The notes: a model not told the origin generated them from the sequence alone. A DNA stretch of 64,000 bases from Enoplolaimus lenunculus (GCA_030248215.1 JASANG010001546.1:62001-126000), one strand, 5' to 3'; counted from the stretch's first letter, positions 39,008 to 51,768 are shown. A program made the numbers and translations.

Positions 39008-39401
39008 CCACAACGACAGCAACAAAGTGAACGGTGACATCACCTACAGTAGCAATATCAATAACAGCAATAACAACAACAGTGATAAATATAATAATAA
39101 TAACAATAATAATAATAACAACAATAATGACAATAAAAGCAACAACAACAACAACAACAACCCAATGTCTAATCAATATCTGATGCAACCGTTTCTAATG
39201 CAAGAAACCAACGGACCAGGCGTATTTGTGTCGAGTATGGTATATTTGCCAGTTTGTAAACAACTCGACAACCCGTTTCGTGCGTCGTTTCAGTTTATGC
39301 CCGTTCCCATGCCGTTGAAAGGTGCCGCCGTTGTGGACCGTATCAGCCGTTATGGACCGACGTCTGGCGGACCTGGCAGTAACGGAATTGTTTCGATGTA
39401 A
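38115..39401 (+). CDS. Multi-C2H2 zinc-finger protein, terminal exon
   Basis: Acceptor TTGCAG at 38114; phase-0 splice completes the finger CKLC-x12-HLIV|AH; stop TAA 39399-39401. Confidence 0.9.
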
Positions 39402-39738
39402 ACCGGTCGGTGTTGACGTCGACTCTAAAAGGTTAGAATATTGAGAGCATTGAGGAACATTCTGGCAATTTTGTAACACTCATCACCAGTTAGTGGCCGT
39501 TTTGATGCCAGAGGGTGCACCCCTGTTATTCGGTTACGGATTGTTATTTATTTATTTGTAACCCACGCACCGCCGCCCTTCGTTACTGATATATATCCGG
39601 TATTGCAATTATCCGTTGAATTAAACGTTTATGTTGTCTTGTATCAAAAACTTGATGCGATAATGTAAGATGATACTTAGAAATGTACTTTCAAAACTTA
39701 AGTACGCTTAACAGTTTCTAACTCACCTTTATTTGGTC

Positions 39739-39896
39739 CTGTAGTCACTTACGCGCCACAATTAGTGATAATTGACATTTATGGACTCTAATTAAGGTTT
39801 ACGGACTCTATCCGCTTACGGTCTCTTATTAGGGATACGGACTCCTATCGATTGGGACTCAAAAATGGAGATCCCGTTTTATTCGGGTCACTACAG
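39739..39896. mobile_element. Small MITE-like element with GGACTC repeats in the probable 3' UTR
   Basis: CTGTAGTCAC / GTCACTACAG inverted termini; four GGACTC motifs. Confidence 0.5.
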
Positions 39897-40789
39897 TACG
39901 TATCAAATAAAGTTATGGATGATATTTCGATTGTTAATTGTTTGGTTTGTTTTTTTTCAGAGCGAATGGTTCTTACAATTGTGCCGAATGATTTACTACG
40001 GGATATCCAGGCATAGCAGCAACCGCATTAATAATGACGATCTCATACATTATACTTACCATGATAAGTAAACTGGAAGAAGTTGTTAGTTAAATTCAAA
40101 TTTGACAATTCGAACTCGCTTACTGGATAACGACCATAGGCTGAACTGTATATCGAGTGCATCTTCGTTGTGATTAATGTAAATCCTATCACTGTATTTA
40201 CACATATGTATATAGTTTGGTTTGTTCGCACGTCAAATAGGTTTTAATATGGTTTGGGTACTCTGTATCCCGGTTAAAATTAACTCGATACCGGAAAAAA
40301 TTTTTACCAAGAAATGATGGCGAAAGATGTAGCGAAATTTGTTTGTTAACTTAGCCAATAAATGAATTATAAATTTATCGTAGGTTTCTGGTTTGCCTCA
40401 TAAAAATAAAATAACCATGATTAGGTTTAGGTACATCTATTGTTAGGTTGTAGGAAAATTTCTGCTACATGAACCAGTTTTTTAACAGCGTTGAGGCGAT
40501 CAGAAAAAGCGCTTTTTCATGAACCTGTTAAATGTTGTTTATTGATTACGTAAGTTTAAATAGCAAATAATTGCATTTTTGGTGCACAATTATTGCAGAA
40601 ATTGCAATTGCAATAAAGTGCACGTGTTAATGGTGTTTGTGTTTGTCTGTTTTTGAAAAATGAAACATATCATTTTATTCTGTTATTGTATGGACCAAGT
40701 GTGACCACGACAAATAATAAGAGTAATATGTTATATATATATATGTATTATTTGGTTTTCAAAATATAAAAATGCGGTTTGTATCAATA

Positions 40790-40900
40790 CGGGGCCGTAG
40801 CCAACAGGGGCCAGGGACGCCTGAGCGTTCCTTCCCCTGGAAAAAATTTTGGCCCCCCCCTAGAAAATATTCAACGTTGCTTGCAAGTCATTTGGCTTCA
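40790..40900 (+). mobile_element. Family H MITE, 5' half
   Basis: GGGGCCGTAGCCAA...CCTGGAAAAAATTTTGGCCCCC similar to 56969-57065. Confidence 0.6.
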
Positions 40901-41153
40901 GCGTAGATTGGTAAAATTGTTAAGAACTAAATGTATATTTTAAACATGGGCATTGTGCATTAATAGGTTGAAAGATCATATTTTTGAAAATTCGTCGCTG
41001 TTCTGAGCCTAAGCTTAAGCTATACCGCCAAGCTAATACGTGTTAATTGGGGCGGTTTAAGTTTTAAGTATTCCAAGACTGCTGAACTACGATAAACTAT
41101 TTTATAGCTAATGTGATATTATATTAATTATTATTATTACTATTAGTATTAAA

Positions 41154-41203
<50 letters not shown>

Positions 41204-41258
41204 GTGCTATTCTTTATCACGTGCTATTCTTATTATGATAATTTTTTGCATTATATTT

Positions 41259-41372
41259 GGCTCTTGTACAATTTCAAATTTTTATATTTTTGGGATAACT
41301 TAGGCTTAGGCTTAGAAATGGTGTTATGTTGAAAAACTGAAACTTGTTGGTTAGGACAAATGTACAAGAGCC
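41259..41372. mobile_element. MITE family G (TTAGGC-bearing)
   Basis: Perfect 12-bp TIR GGCTCTTGTACA / TGTACAAGAGCC; TSD TTATATTT / TTGTATTT (7/8); CTTAGGCTTAGGCTTAG inside. Confidence 0.85.
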
Positions 41373-42953
41373 TTGTATTTTATGACTGCTGCTTGCATTA
41401 CGATTTGTCCACCACCGTTACCCCCACACCCCTCCATTCTTGTAAATTGTTTTGGGTCGTTTCAATTACGTGTTCATGTCTCTAGTGGTTTTAGTGTTTA
41501 TTTCATTTCGGTTGCGTTTTTTGTTTGTTCATTTGTTCTTTTTTCGTGTTTTATTTTTGTTTGTATTGTTGTGGTTGTGATGTTTCATATTTTTGCTGCC
41601 ATTCCACGTTAAACTAACTATTTTCATATCGTTTGCAATTTAATTGTTGTCATGTTCGTATATCTCATGACGCAGCAACAATATTACCTGTATTCGTTCA
41701 GTTAACAAAGGTCAAAACGAACAGGAGCGTAGCCACAATGTCATTACAGGAGGCTAACTTTGTGACCTCCGGAACTCCTGTTGGTATATTTTAAGCTGAA
41801 AAAGTGGGATTTGCAACAAATTTTTGATGGGAGTATGTCCCACTCATATATGTTATATGGCATCCGTAAAAGATACGTTACTCTTCGCTTGAACGCGGGC
41901 AAATAGCGCGATAACTAATTCGACAATATATATTCAAGACTTTTTTAGTTTTATTTATTACAAATTTATATGTATGCTACTTTTATTCAAATTTTGGTTC
42001 AATCTAAACCTTTTGGTTCACGTTTAACCATAATGCAAAGTATATGGAATAATACCTTGATTGCCAGATATCGATATTTCGGCTAATTGCCTTGTTAGGC
42101 TTGTTGTCAAGTGTTCTAAGATTATTTGTCGCAGCCTATTATACATGATAAGTTGATTTGAATAATGTTTATATATGTATATATATAAGTATATGTAATA
42201 TATATTATATATACATATTTATGTATATATAATATATCTACCATATATATGTATATATAATATGTATAAGTATATGTAATATATATTATATACTATATAC
42301 ATATATATTATATATATGTGCAGAGTATATATTTGTTATATCCAGGCTTTAACCTGTACTACTTATTCAAGCAATATATCGGTCAGTGTTTTGCAATTAT
42401 GTTTGATTTATTATATTTGCATTTATGTTATTTGCATATGATGGCATTTTTACTGGTCCGCTATTTTTTAACTCATTTGAAAATATTTTAAATTAAAAAT
42501 ATTCAAAACGAAAGCAAATGCATCTCAGTTGCCGTGTTTGTGTAAAAATTACACTAAACATTACACGAAATTGTACGTTTACTCGTTTATTATTAATAAC
42601 TTTTACGTAAAAAATGTACTGTTGGACACGTTCCTTTTTGACCCGGGTTTAGTGTTTAGTAAACCCAATAACTAATCATCCTCTTATCAAAGGTTTGGCA
42701 AAATTTTAGCCTAAAACTGAGTATAAGTTTGAGTGTAATCGTAAGCCTAAAAAGTATACAAAACAGCCGGGTAATAATTTTGAAACCAAATATGGCTAAA
42801 ATTACTGTACTTGTTTGTTCTATGTAATAGGAGTAGCAGGTATGTTATAGCTTATGTTATAGCTTGGAACTTTGGCGATTTTTAGTTTTTGCAATTATTG
42901 TAGGCAGCGTCGTCTGTAGCGTAAAACGCGATTGATTTGAGGCTAATAACGAT

Positions 42954-43367
42954 GGTCCATGTAAAGATCAAAGGCGGAACGTTTTTCTGTGCTCACTGCA
43001 TTAGAGTAAGCTTAAGCTTTAGACTAAATTTGTTTGCTTGGCTTAGGCTTATGCGTAAGCGTAGGCTTAGGAATATGCTCATTTTGACGCTTAGGCTTAG
43101 GTTTAGGTTTAGGAATATGCTCATTTTGACGCTTAGGCTTAGGTTTAGGCTTAGGAATATGCTCGTTTTGACGCTTAGGGTTAGGTTTAGGCTTAGGAAT
43201 AAGCTCGTTTTGACGCTTAGGCTTAGGTTTAGGCTTAGGAATATGCTCGTTTTGACGCTTAGGCTTAGGTTTAGGCTTAGGAATATGCTCGTTTTGACGC
43301 TTAGGCTTAGCTTTAGGCTGAGGAATATGCTTATAATACTGTTCCGCCCCTGTTGTTTACATTGGCC
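42954..43367 (+). mobile_element. GG-ended MITE family B with a 42-bp TTAGGC-based tandem array
   Basis: GGTCCATGTAAA / TTTACATTGGCC; perfect TSD ATAACGAT; GGAAT(A)TGC recurs every 42 bp from 43070 to 43322. Confidence 0.92.
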
Positions 43368-43516
43368 ATAACGATTGGGTTGGCACTGATCGGTGAGTTT
43401 AACTTTTAAGGACAAATTTAAGTGTTTGTTTTCAGTCTTAACTGCATTGCTAGTATGTTGGTTTATGGAGTATAGTTTCTACTAGCCATGAAGCTTTATG
43501 TGTAAGAAATGAAGAG

Positions 43517-43547
<31 letters not shown>

Positions 43548-44627
43548 GAGAGAGAAAGAGAAAGAGAGAGATTAGAAGTAGTTTGAAATTATTAACTTTT
43601 ATGCTAATTAAAACGGATACAATAATTTTAATTTTTAATTGTCGAATGTATGGTGCGTTCATTTTATTCACTACATACACATTCCATCTGTGCTATTGGT
43701 ATAATGTGTTTATTTTAACCCTTGCCTGCGTTTATATCGGGCAGGAGGTGAACTCAGTCCCGACCCTGGAAATATGACGGTTTTCTCTAGAAAGTTTTAA
43801 CGCCGCTTGTAGGCATAGCGGTAAGTTGGGTTTTTCAACCGCATGCCGACCCTACAATTGTTTTGCCCGTTAATAGATTCAGTTCGCTACGAGTTCAATT
43901 TGAATGTGGATTTTGGTTAGTGACTGAGACTATTGGCAACCAGGCTGTTCAAGGATTAAGTATACTTTCAAGCTTAGGCTTACGATATCGCTTAGTAGAC
44001 TTGAGCAAGTGTTTGCCTAAACCTAAGTCTAAACCTGAGCCGGGCAGAAAATGTAAAAGAGCGGTTCGTTGTTAATTGCAAAATTTCGTTCTGCACTGTG
44101 TTGTTTAGATTTTACATTGTGTTGCAGTTATAAATTTAAATTATGCAAATGTAGGCTGAGGTTTCAGGTTAAGTTTTTAATTAGGAGAACGTTCGAGCCA
44201 AAAAAAAACGAATTTGGGAACCTAATCTACAAATTCAGGTGTCAAATTTAACTCGCAATTATTATAAGCCGTGTGCTATTTTAGCCAGGAACAAGTCATA
44301 TCATTCTGCATATATTTATGTGTTTGTGCCATATATGCTTACAAATGTATACTGTATATACTTATATGTATACTTAAATGCCATTTTCTGCCATGTTTCA
44401 GTAATAGTTTTATGTTTGATTTTTTTGTTCTTATTATAATATATTTTATTGTTGTTTTTACTGTGTCGTCAGATTTCATCCTTCAAATGTTCGGTATTTT
44501 TTGCTTTCTTTTAGCGTAAAATCAAACAATAAATTTTTTATTACAAATCGAAAAACTGTTATTTTAAGTTTTTTTCTGGTACATTTTTAACTCAAAATCA
44601 CTATTTTATGTTTCTTTAACCGCCTGT

Positions 44628-44728
44628 GTTCATTTGACTCCGGCGAAGTCGAATTTTAACTCCGTTTGTGTCGTCAGGAAAAGCCTATTTTGGAGAGAGT
44701 CCATTTGACTCACCATTTTTTGGCAGTG
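44628..44728. mobile_element. CACTG-ended MITE family C, right half
   Basis: Ends TTTGACTCACCATTTTTTGGCAGTG. Confidence 0.7.
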
Positions 44729-45192
44729 CAGTTGTATTTCTGCGAACGCAATTTGGTGACTTTTTGACTGACAGGTTTCAAATTTGGTTGTGCAAATAAC
44801 AGTTTTGCGTACGTATTATCGTTCCGCTTACCACGTATACATGTTTCCGGTTCCGGGATTTATGTGCGTATATTTTTAGGTTAAAGCTGTTGTTTATATT
44901 ACCAATTGTAGAGATTTAACGTTTTCGATTAAGTACAGCCATAAATCTATAACCTGTTGGTATGCGACCTATTTATAATTAGATTCGAGCCCAAAAATGC
45001 CATTTGATACGCATTCTGATGTATTAACGTAATTAAATATCGGTTCTCATTTTTGGTTCACTGTTGCCGTTTTGTCGTTGATGTTTTTATTTTGGTTTTA
45101 TATTAAAAACAATTGGTGTATATATTTTTAATAATTATGGTTGACATGTCAAAAGTTTGACTATTGTCAAATCTGAGCGCGATTAAGCCAAA

Positions 45193-45366
45193 GGCCCATG
45201 TTACTTTAAGGGGCGTTCAGGTGTCTGGTGGCTCAATAAAAGAGCAGGTTTACATTCTAGATTACATTTGTTTTGCTTAGGTTTAGGTTTAGGAACACAT
45301 TTTTGCACCGCTTAGGCTTAGGAATACGCTTAATCTACTGTTACGCCCCTTAAAGTAACATTGGCC
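45193..45366 (+). mobile_element. MITE family A (TTAGGC-bearing)
   Basis: Long TIR GGCCCATGTTACTTTAAGGGGCGT / ACGCCCCTTAAAGTAACATTGGCC; TSD AAGCCAAA / AAACCAAA (7/8). Confidence 0.92.
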
Positions 45367-46834
45367 AAACCAAATATGGGTACTGAAGGGCGCTACGCCT
45401 GGCGGTTTGCGTTGAAAAGTTACGTTCAGTTGAACGAAACGTTGAGATTGAACTATTGCAGCGTCAAACGTTTCGTTTCTAAACAGAACCGTAAGTAATT
45501 GTGTTTAGGACTCGAGGGTGTTTGAGCTGTACACCCGTGGCAAATTACAGCGGGTGCCCATGTGGGTATATTTTCGTTTGTAGATCCCTAATATATGCAT
45601 GTATTGCATATTTGATTAACCTTTTTGTCTACTTATGTATTCCAAAGTCATAGGTTTTGTTATAGTTAATATAAGCTGTATTTTTTCAATGCATCTGATA
45701 TCACGGGCGATTACTATTTTCTGCTTGAACCTCAGTCTATTTTAGGCTGGAAATCATAATTAAAAGAACAATGAACGTACCATTCTATATGTGGAAATAC
45801 TTTGCTAAATCGTGGCAGTGACAAATTTACACAGATTAGAGTTTGGGGTTTTATCCGTAGTGGAGATGACTTGTAACTTCCGGTCGTTGTACTTGATAGC
45901 AGAGTACAAGCGGCAGTGTGTATATGGTTCCGGTGAAAAAATCGACCTCGGGTTTTGGTAGAATTTGTGCCGGAGTTTCCAGCAGTTTCGATAATGGAAA
46001 TATTCAGATTTGTATAAAAGTTTTGTGTTTACGTGAGCGTTTTTAAGTTGTTGGAAAAATTTTGCAATGTTTAGTTTCACAGATTTATCAACAAAGCTTA
46101 CAGCTTACATTTTGGCAACACTTTGTTGTTTATATGTTTTTAAAATTTATCAGCATCATTTTTGTTAGCTAAAATTTTTGCCGATTTTACCCGGAAACGG
46201 ATATCCAGTTACATCATAGACTGATTACCGTACTTATTACTTGGGTCATAGCGGTTTGTATGTTGTTCAACCATTATTGTTCGCTTGATTAATGATCACA
46301 GTTTCTAGTTATTCGTGGTCCAAACTATATAAATTCTTGCTTAGGCAAAATAATTTTATGTAAAAAAAATATATTAATATAATCGGATAAATAAATCTAT
46401 TTATTTATCAAAGTTTTTATGATATTCCTAGAATGTCGCTAATTTATGAAACAATCAGTGTAATTCTTTTGTTGAAATGAAATTATTTGAAGCGTTCAAT
46501 TTGTGTAATAAAGGTTAAAAGTTTGTATAATCGGTTCGTATGCGATCCTTTTGTTTGCAGGCAAAATGTTTGCTAAAAAAATTACTTATTAATTATTCTG
46601 AACGAATGTTTGTTTTGCCGACTGTGTGCAATTAGGGATTTTGAGCTGTGTGGGGCAATGTATGAAATTTACAATCTGATGTCGGTCTATTAATATTTCA
46701 ATTTCTATTGTCAATCACTGTGAGTAAATATTAATAATAAAATGAGTGGCAGATCTCTGATTGAAATTTTAACCAAATTCAAGCTCAAATCTGGTTCAGT
46801 CAGTAACCTTTTGTCTCACAGAGAACAACGTATC

Positions 46835-47155
46835 TCAACAAGCCTTGAGGAGACGCTCCGAGCTCGAGCATTCTCGTATAGCTGAGTTATAATGGTACAC
46901 AACGCTCATTGGCGAGTCCGGGTTCGAATTCTAGATTAACCCCTTCTTACATAGAGTTGCCTATAGGTAACTCACGCAGTGTATATACGTTAAATAATAT
47001 ATATCGCGCAGTGTTTAACAACTGCAACACGTATACATAGTACTAAATCAACCACAAGACGTGAGAGCCCCTCGGGCTCGAGCGTCAAGCTCCTATAGCT
47101 GAGTGGTGATGGTATACGCCTCCCACTCCAGTCACTGGAGTTTGAATCCTAGCAT
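46835..47155 (+). repeat. Two diverged direct copies of a unit with Pol III A/B-box-like motifs (tRNA-derived SINE-like)
   Basis: TAGCTGAGT(TA/GG) at 46879 and 47096; GGTTCGAATTC at 46921 and AGTTTGAATCC at 47139; shared upstream GCTCGAGC. Confidence 0.55.
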
Positions 47156-47740
47156 AAAAGTATGTCTCAGGGGAAATAGAAAATATTCATGTGACAAACG
47201 GTTAAACGGTAGATTTCAGATGATGTAGAAAATATATATGTTGGAAAAGGTTGTTAATAATAGACCATTATTTAATAGTTACCAATGATCAGGGTATACC
47301 TTGTTTCTATACACCCCATTACGATTACTGCAATTAAAAATACCGGTTAAACAACTGATTCATTGCGGTTTAGACAAACTTGGTCATGGTTTCGAATGGC
47401 CTCGGTCGGGGTTATACCGTCTCAGGGGTCAGCGATGACTAATCGCTTTTATTCGACTGGCTTCAAAATACTCGTAAAAGGTGTGGGAATCTGAGAGATG
47501 AGGGTAGTAAACTTAGAACAATGACCGATGTTTCAAAACGTTGTTTATTTGTTGACAAATATGGGTTGTGACTCTTTTTGTTTCATTCATCAAATTAGCT
47601 GATGAGTCATCGGTGCGGTTCTATTTTTAGTTTCCGATTCAGTTTCCGTGATAGAATTTGCGTGATCATAAACTGTCAATGAAATTGGAAACAAATCGGA
47701 CTTTATGAATGAGATGTAATTGGTATTGGTTCCTACACGG

Positions 47741-47892
47741 TTGGATATTGATACTCGAAGGCCAGACCGGATATCGATAGCCGAGGGCCAGGCGGCGGAA
47801 ATCGATACCCGAGGGCCATGCCGGATATCGATAGCCGAGGGACAGGCCGGATATCGATAAAGTCAGGCGACCAGATATCGATACCCGAAGGC
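47741..47892. repeat. About 26-bp minisatellite, ~6 copies
   Basis: CCGGATATCGATA(G/C)CCGAGGGCCAGG units. Confidence 0.85.
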
Positions 47893-48222
47893 TTGTGGAC
47901 CGAATAAAGGACTTGTAAAGTATGTTTTCAAAGGATTGGCTGTAGATTTTAGTGACTGGTGTTAGTCAATCCGTTTATTGCGGTTAAAAACAGAGGCATA
48001 AATATTTATTTACACTACGTTCTGTTACTTTACTGAATAATCTAAGTTGGTCAAAGCGACACCAGCGTCATTTTGCACCAATCAGTGATGGTCAGACGAT
48101 TTTAGAAATTAAGCTTATTCCGCTCAAGTTAAGCATTGCGTTGTTTATGCTTATTTCAACAGCATTTCAATGTGACAGTATTGTGTTGTGAAACATTAAT
48201 AAATAGTCTATAATATACCTTA

Positions 48223-48432
48223 CACTGCAATAAATGGTGAATTAAATTGACTCGCTCCGAAATAGGCTCTACGGGACTACATAATTTGAGTCAAGTAACA
48301 CTTCGCCAGAAAGAACCGTGCGACTCAGTAAGTCGACTTTGACTCTAGCACAGTTGAATTTGACTCGTTTTGTGTAGTTTGTAGAGCCTATTGCGGATAG
48401 AATCAATTTGAGACTCACCATTTTTTGCAGTA
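48223..48432. mobile_element. CACTG-ended MITE family C (CACTA/EnSpm-like)
   Basis: CACTGCAATAAATGGTGA / CTCACCATTTTTTGCAGTA; GAGTCAA/TTGACTC motifs. Confidence 0.8.
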
Positions 48433-50273
48433 TCGGATGATCGTTCTGGTTGTGTAAGTAGATTAATACTGTTTTTCTAGAAGGTATAAGGTATTTTGTG
48501 TGAAGATGCAAAAACGAAGAAATTATGCCTGTCTGTTTGGGGTTTTCAGACGACAGGCAGATACGAAACTGAGAATATTGGTTCAAGGTTAAACTAGCTT
48601 AACAAGTTAAATATTAAGCAAACAACACTACGACATCTTATTGAACATATTTGATTTATTATACCGCCGTAGTTTTATAACGAAATATTTCAATATCTGA
48701 TAACAACGCTCAGCTTCAAGATTATAATTTCAAATTTTGAATCAACAGACTTCCTATGAAACGTCAAACTTTCATTTTTGAAAATTATTATTATTATCAG
48801 GTTTGAGCTGAATTCAACGGTACCATTTTTATGGTTGCATGACCAACGGTTCAAAAAGTTAGGGTCCTTGAAATTATAGTGCAAACACGTGCAGATTGGA
48901 ACAAGATGTATTTATTATTTACATGTTCGTAAAATATAAGCGTGACAAGGTTAATTGTTTGTACATGTTTTATATAGTAAAAAGTTGAAATTTAAAGGGC
49001 CATAACTATTGAACCGGCGAGTCTGCAGTGCCAAAAATGGTGCCGTTGAATTCAGCCCGTCAACGTCGATAAAATGAACTATTTTTTAATAAATTCCTAG
49101 GGGGGTTTATATTCCGTACCTCCGGCCATAATTATATATAAATAAACAGATGCTATGTTCAGAACCGTAGCCTGAATACGGTTGTGAAATTAAAGATAAA
49201 ACAAATACATCGGATGCCTTTACAGGTTAATAAATGTCACATTTGCAAAGTTTCAATACTGTTTGTCTCTTGATAAGGTTTATAAAATTTTAAAATGTTT
49301 AAATTGTGTTTCTTATCTTATAATATAGGGGTAGGTGTCATATGAAAATCAAAAACATTTAAATTCAAGCCATTTCATAGTTATTCGGCAAATGACAACA
49401 AGTTTTGAACGTTGCAAACATTTATCAGAACCGGTTATCTGTATATTAAAGCTGGAATGTCTGACATACGTATTTTGGGCACCGTTCCAAACACAAGTAA
49501 ACATTGTTTTTAACAATTACCTAACAGTTCGTTCTACAAAAGAATTAGTACGTATAAACTTACACTGAGTCCAATTCTGTAAGTTTACCCTTCTCACAAA
49601 TACCCACCCCCGCGACCGGGGGGGCCCGGGGCTTAAAGTGTGTGTTAACGAGTGCCTTCTATGCTATAGTATACACATTGTGATAACGTTTGAAACCCGA
49701 GTAGTTTAGGAAAATTGCGCATGGATGCAACTACGGCTACTTGTTAAAACAAAATCGAATACAAATTTTAAAGTATTTATGCGCAGGAAAACTGAGAAAA
49801 ATTATTTCCAAATCACTTGCGCAAGAATAACTTGTAAGCTTAAGGTTAATACTACTCGAATAAAAGAAACAGTGCTAAAAGATTATAAACCTGATCGCAT
49901 ATCCTATATGTGGACCAGCAGTCCTGAACCGCAATAGACAATGTAAGTCATGCTTGTTCGGTATTTTTCCTTCCGAGCCTGGGAATGGTAAGCAAGTTAT
50001 CCCAAGAGCGAATAATATATGACCCGGTAAATAAGGGGTCGGGCAAATACGACTCGCTCAAGTAATCTTCCGAGAACTGTATCACCGCTCGGCATAAGCT
50101 TCGTTCAGTTACCAGCGGTTCCAGTGACACCCGGTGTAACCCAGTGTGGGCATCTGTTTTTGATTCTACGTCAGCGTTTGAAAGCTGTGTTTATCATATT
50201 CGTTCTAGTCCCGGAATAATTTCATCTTGGTCCATTTTTGCACACCTTGGCGTTTTGATCACTTGACATCAAA

Positions 50274-50382
50274 AGGGGGACTTCAATTCACCCCCTAGGG
50301 GAACTTTAATTGACCCCTAAGGTGGACTTTAATTGACCCCTAGGGTGGACTTTAATTGACACCCTAGGGGGATTTTACTTGA
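50274..50382. repeat. About 22-bp minisatellite, 4-5 copies
   Basis: GGACTTTAATTGACCCCTAGG units. Confidence 0.8.
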
Positions 50383-51589
50383 TGTTCTTGGGGTGAAAAA
50401 AATTTAAATGATCCAGAGTTTGGTGTTGATACCTGTTGGGGTGGGCCTCGGTCTTTACGTCCCCTTTTGGATCGGCCAGTATAACTGGTATTCAGCAATA
50501 TGTTCCTGGTAAAAGAGTTTTATATACCGCTGCTTAGGTTAGAATTTAATTTTAAAACGCGTTCAACAGGAACTGAACCATATGGTGTTTATATGTATAA
50601 TGAGCGAGTATTCACTGGTTCAATTAAATGCCTGCGACAATGGCGAACGGGTAAGTTTCAAATTCAATAAACTCAACTCAAACAAGTATACTAACACCGG
50701 GGTTATTAATTTTGAATTGAAGTTTAATTAATATTTCAACTGTCGATTAGATTAATGCGGCTACGCGACCCGACGGATAAACAGATAAGAGAATGTGGAT
50801 TGCAAGCACGTGAGACTGTCAAGTAGCCGAATTCGCAGATCAGACACTTTGGACTCTGGTGTGTCTATGCATCTGGCCAGTCATGCAACTTATATACACA
50901 TGGTCAGGGATGCAGCAAAAGGGGGTCCACGGTTGCGCGTCCTTAGATTTCCAAACCAACACAATGTATTATGGTTTAATGCTAAAATTACGTTTGGCTT
51001 CTGGTTCACGAGACTTGTTACCGAATTATAGATTGTGCTTCTCTGTGAGACTTGTCCCATCTTGATTTGGGGTCCGTTATTCCGCCTTTGGGTTTGGTTC
51101 TGAGGGTCGGTGGGATGAATGAAACTGTCCAGTGGACGTAGAGCCGGAGGCGCGTCGAGAGGGAGACACAGGAGTGGACTCGCAAACTCGTCAACATTTG
51201 CTATCAGTTGGAGTCACTACCGTATTGAATAGTCGCTGACGATTGGCCAATTTTATTTTAAGAACCATTGTTTTAAATGGTGTACAGGAAGTTCTGGCGT
51301 GCCGGTTGATACCGATAGAAAAGTGTGGGAGGGGGGGGGGTATCGTCGAAACGTCGAAAACCCCACGTAAATCATTTACTGCAAAAAACGCGCCACCTTG
51401 TCGCTCGTTTCGTTCGTGAGGTTTTACTCTGCCGGTCGCTTGACTTTTGTTTGCTTGTTGATTTTTACCACCCTTGTTCGGTTAGCTGGTGTCCCCCTGT
51501 TTGACGTCGCTTGAGAAAATCGTCCACGCATCCGTAATTTTTGTCCGTGGTAGCTTGAATCAAAATATAGCTAATATCCACAAAGTACA

Positions 51590-51675
51590 TACTGCAAAAA
51601 ATGGTGAGTCAAATTGACTCTTCCCGAAATAGGCTTTTCCGGACAACACAAACTGAGTAAAATTCCACTCCGCTG
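51590..51675. mobile_element. Family C MITE, left part only
   Basis: TACTGCAAAAAATGGTGAGTCAAATTGACTC. Confidence 0.7.
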
Positions 51676-51697
51676 ATATCCATTGCTGACGTTCAAC

Positions 51698-51768
51698 CTT
51701 GTAGAAGCTCAGTGCTTAAAGCATCGGACCAGTAATTCGTACACCGTGAATACGAGCGTCACAGTATA
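51698..51768 (+). pseudogene. Degenerate tRNA-like sequence (possibly Thr AGT derived, or a SINE head)
   Basis: AGCTCAGTGCTTAAAGC D-arm-like; CGGA-CCAGTAA-TTCG anticodon arm; GTGA..TCAC T-arm-like; no acceptor stem. Confidence 0.35.

Noticed and set aside
29737..39479. Many alternative-frame and antisense ORFs within the zinc-finger gene
   Set aside because: Explained by stop-poor trinucleotide tracts
42937..43415. LRLR/LSLS repeat ORFs (also at 52650-52899 and 60400-60633)
   Set aside because: Translations of TTAGGC/GCCTAA repeats inside MITEs
47599..47700. CTGATGAG hammerhead-like core
   Set aside because: No stem II closed by GAAA at a suitable distance
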